Shown here: positions 57,608-64,000 of the stretch, piece by piece | Layout: each line of letters begins with the position of its first letter | Numbering within the stretch: the first letter of the stretch is position 1 | The notes under the pieces: model-generated | Seen by the model: the letters and a program-made list of their open reading frames with translations, nothing else | Told to the model about the DNA's origin: nothing | The model's database searches: none | Assembly (NCBI RefSeq): GCF_006345805.1 | Contig: NC_043001.1 | Coordinates: 95,108,001-95,172,000 of the forward strand | Length of the DNA: 64,000 nucleotides | Direction: 5' to 3' | DNA from: Octopus sinensis | Taxonomy: Eukaryota | Program-made: the position numbers and the translations under genes

Positions 57608-57743
57608 TGCGCCGTTGGCGGCCGATCGTTCCGCAGGCGCCGTATGCCGCCTCGTCAGCGCTTGATTTCTGCGGCACCGACATCGGATGCATTTACCCTC
57701 CGATCGGTCGTTGTGACCCGTTCCTCATAGGCCGATTCATCCG
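57608..57743. other. Isolated GC/CpG-rich island with nested stem potential
   Basis: Roughly 60-65% GC by eye with many CpG in a very AT-rich context; nested stems ccgat/atcgg, ccgcag/ctgcgg and gcgc/gcgc within 57622-57686. Confidence 0.6.
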
Positions 57744-58201
57744 TTAAATGTGTAATATTATTTCAATCCTGAATGCTGACATCTAAAAAGAATTTTGTAG
57801 AACTTCATGTGTGTTCAACTGTGTTTAATCTGGGGAGGTGGCTTGTCATTTTCCGATAGCATAAACACTTTGCTGACCTTATTTTAGAGAAATAGTTATT
57901 TCGATATGAAACTTCAGCACGAAACATTCTGACAAGTTATATACCACAAAGTTTAATAGAGTAGTATATAGTTTACCACACACACACATACATTCACACA
58001 CACAGGCACATACACACTAACACACACAAAAACAGACACATTCACTCTCACACACAAAACATACACACTCACACATACACAAAACACCCGCAAAACGCAC
58101 AACACACGCACGCACAAATGCACACATTCACACACTCACAGTCACACACACTCACTCAAGCACTTTCACACACAAAATACACACAAACACACACATCCAC
58201 G

Positions 58202-58239
<38 letters not shown>

Positions 58240-58693
58240 CCGCAGAATCGTTCAGAATATTGAGTGTAGAAAATAGATTATTTCGTTGTTACTCTATATT
58301 GTATGATATACGATGACAATGAAAATATTGTTAGAGCTTCCTTACTTAGTAATAACGTAAATCTTGTTGTTATAAGAGAATTTGTATGACTAAGATTTGT
58401 AGCACTTTTGTTACTACCTGACTATTTAAGATAATATACATATATATATCTTACGTATAACTTCGGATTGCATGAAACCTGACGAGTGTTATTTATATTA
58501 TTGCATATGGAATATGAAGAAAGGAAAATATCAACGTTAAGTTTCGCCTTAATATTCGAATAATATACTATATTTTGCAAAGCGGTTATCACGACCACCT
58601 ACCATTGTCTTACTTTTTTTTCATATACCTCGTAATAAAAGTTATTGAGTATGGACCGTCATTAACTATTATGCTTTTCTTAACATTCGTCAG

Positions 58694-58776
58694 TATGGGA
58701 AAATTCAAGTGCAATAATTTCCTGTACGAAAGGTTATCCAACAGTTTTCAAATCATATTGTCGAAGAGAAAATGAC
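58694..58776 (+). CDS. Candidate 83-nt exon of an unidentified gene
   Basis: Acceptor ttttcttaacattcgtcAG and donor GTAAGA; only one frame is open (xWENSSAIISCTKGYPTVFKSYCRREND). Confidence 0.3.
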
Positions 58777-59161
58777 GTAAGATTAAGACAGTATACATGC
58801 AAATGTTAGTTCTGTCATAGCCATTGTTCTGCTTAATCATGACTACGAACGGCTGCTGAACATGGACGACAGAAATAGGAAAAATACGTACAGCAGGAAG
58901 ACAGAATTATATGGTTTGAGTTTAATTTAACAAGGCAAATATTGATTTGTTTACTCCACCGCGAATGCTAAAATCGACCTTTGCACCCAGGAGGTAAATA
59001 GCCCGAAGGTATATATTTATGCGCTTTATTACACTCACCAACAATTCTACAATTTCGCCGCCTTAAAATAGTGAAATAAGGAATCTTCGAATGAAAAGAT
59101 TCTTCTTATAAGTGACTTTACCAACATACCTTGATCGCAGCAAAAGAAGAAAAAAGATTCA

Positions 59162-59216
<55 letters not shown>

Positions 59217-59236
59217 TAACATCAATAATAATAATA

Positions 59237-59279
<43 letters not shown>

Positions 59280-59288
59280 TAACATCAA

Positions 59289-61654
<2,366 letters not shown>

Positions 61655-61656
<2 letters not shown>

Positions 61657-61765
61657 TAATAATAATAATAATATTAATAATAATAATAATAATAAGAAGA
61701 AGAAGAAGAAGAAGAAGAAGATTGATAATGATAATAATAATAATAATAATAATAATATAATAATA

Positions 61766-61832
<67 letters not shown>

Positions 61833-61864
61833 AAGAAGAAGAAGGAGAAGAAGAAGAAGAAGAA

Positions 61865-61895
<31 letters not shown>

Positions 61896-61925
61896 AAGAA
61901 GAAGAACAACAACAACAACAACAAG
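61655..61925. repeat. (AAT)n/(GAA)n/(CAA)n compound microsatellite
   Basis: Directly visible. Confidence 0.95.
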
Positions 61926-62425
61926 TATAGTATGGAATTATTCGTGATCGACATTTAATCCTTTAATATGTTTCGCTAATGAATACGTTGCTTCGAATAT
62001 AATTAATTTCACAATTAAAGAGTTATCTAATATTTCAGTTTATTTGAGCCGATCACGTTTCAAGCTGCGTTTTCCATTATATCGATGCATCTTGCTTGAA
62101 GGCGTGTGCCTTAGTTATTATGTCTTGACCGTAATGTCAGTAGACGGATTCCCGGCAGTACATTGGGTTCTTGAGCAATACACTTCATTTCATGATGATG
62201 TTCCAGTCAACCTTGCTTGCAAAAAAAGAGTTGCACCTGTAATAAAAAAGGCCATCATTTTCACATTGTGTGCCACGATGACTCATCCTCGGAACTAGAT
62301 TAAATGTACGCATGTCTGTGTTGAGCTCAGCCACTTTCACGTTAATTTCAAGCGCTCGCTATTCCGTTTATCACATCAACTGCAAACTCGGCGTCGTAAC
62401 CGACGGAGTGCCTACAACTTGTATA

Positions 62426-62470
<45 letters not shown>

Positions 62471-64000
62471 ACCAGCGCGTGTGAGTGTGTATACTGTTTG
62501 CGTGTAAATATGTGCGTGCTTTCAATCTATTTAAAAAGAAATATTGTTTACCTACGTTGCTTTCTTAATTCACACGAGATAAAAATTGAATAAAATGGTA
62601 TTTTCCTTCTTAATGTTTATATTGGTAATTAAGTTATATATATATACACAAACATGGTAACACACACACACACACAATTATATACACATGCGCACACACA
62701 CATGCGCACACACACATGCCCACACACACAAGCACACACACATATACACACACAAGCACACACACATATATACACACATGGTAAGAGAACAGGATAACGC
62801 CTTAAGCTAAGGACGAAATAAAATAAATTAAAATGAAATTAAAAAATAAAACAAGTTAAAATGCAATAAAAATAATCGAGTACAAGAGGTATGAGTTGGT
62901 TTAATTGTCGGTAATAGATTAATGGATTTAAATTTTTTAATGGTACGTGGACATAAAAGATTCAGGATAAATAAAGTGTTTATGTAGATAAATAATTAGA
63001 GAGATCAAAGGGCGGATTGATCGCTAAATAGATAAACATTTCACTCTACATGTGGTGAGTGATCTATACAGACATTTATTTCTGGGTATTTTGGTTTATA
63101 TACTACGCGCTTTCGAATCAGAGGTTATTAAGTTAGTAATCCTTATTTTTTTGTCGTTTTATTGATGACGGCTATTGACAGTTCCAGTTAAAGTTCCTAC
63201 AAGCAGTAGTTGAATTTCCATGGACCGACCTCATCATAGAGCACACTGGTTTGTTTCTGATAAGTTTTAATAAATATCCACTGAGACATGTATGTATGTA
63301 TGTATGTATGTATGTATGGATGTATGTATGTATGTATGTATGTATATGTGTATGCATGCATTCTTCCATTTCTTATTTTCCCCCTACACAACATCAAACT
63401 TATATAACTCTGTTTTTAAGATAGGTTTTCCCTATCTATGATAACTTACTCAGCAATGTTTCAATGTTAACTATAAAAAGTAAATATTTCTTATCTATAT
63501 TGCTCCATAAACAATTATATTAGTTTATCAGTCGAAAACGTAAGTGAAATCGCCTTTATTTAATTTTAAATACCTTGTTATTCGTATAGTATCTATTCAT
63601 TTTCTTTAAAAATTCAAATACTGTGACTTGATGATTAATTACGACGTATAACAATTACTTTATCTTTGAATATTATACCTATTATTTACAGTAACTACTT
63701 TAATTATTAATCTTATAAACATGAAATTATTATAGATTACTATTTACTATTTCTTTATAATAATTTCTTAAGCCGAAAGGCTAATTGATGGTTTAGTAAA
63801 AACCAAGTTTTGTATTTGAAAATCTTTTCACACACTTATTTAGAATCCACATTCTAAACACATATACAGCCTGCCCAGTTGATATAATTCTTCTACGGAT
63901 TTCTAATAGACACACATATAGAAAGTCATAGAGAGAATGTCAGTTTGTTTAAAATAGGCATGACTCCAAAAAAGGACACTATTATAACATGATTACAAAG

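Noticed and set aside
62044-62298. 84-codon plus-strand ORF of moderate GC
   Set aside because: TTG start, no recognisable motif and no convincing splice boundaries.

Overview
AT-rich, microsatellite-saturated eukaryotic DNA. The (TA)n/(CA)n/(AAT)n load and the tRNA-derived SINE families suggest a coleoid cephalopod, most likely Octopus (inference from pattern recognition, not a search). No intact host gene can be identified, and almost all ORFs in the supplied track are microsatellite artefacts. Recognisable content is mobile DNA. It includes a Neptune-type Penelope-like element (RT + GIY-YIG, 15.2-18.2 kb, -), a near full-length CR1/L2-group LINE (31.9-35.9 kb, -), a 5'-truncated related LINE (49.2-50.8 kb, -) and three R4/Dong-type RLE LINE remnants. 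There are also Tc1/mariner fragments, a probable non-autonomous Helitron, three SINE families and a ~1.96 kb tandem duplication. The most notable observations are: (1) a minimal hammerhead-ribozyme fold in the Penelope 3' region with the compensatory U3-A8 core pair instead of C3-G8; (2) a second hammerhead motif with intact catalytic core and several decayed ones in short TA-embedded elements; (3) a 3' tail stem-loop shared by a SINE family and two LINEs; (4) a rearranged R4/Dong copy in (AAT)n; (5) an unrecognised 136-codon tandem coding repeat with synonymous-looking divergence at 54.3-55.0 kb; (6) two long perfect or near-perfect fold-back hairpins.
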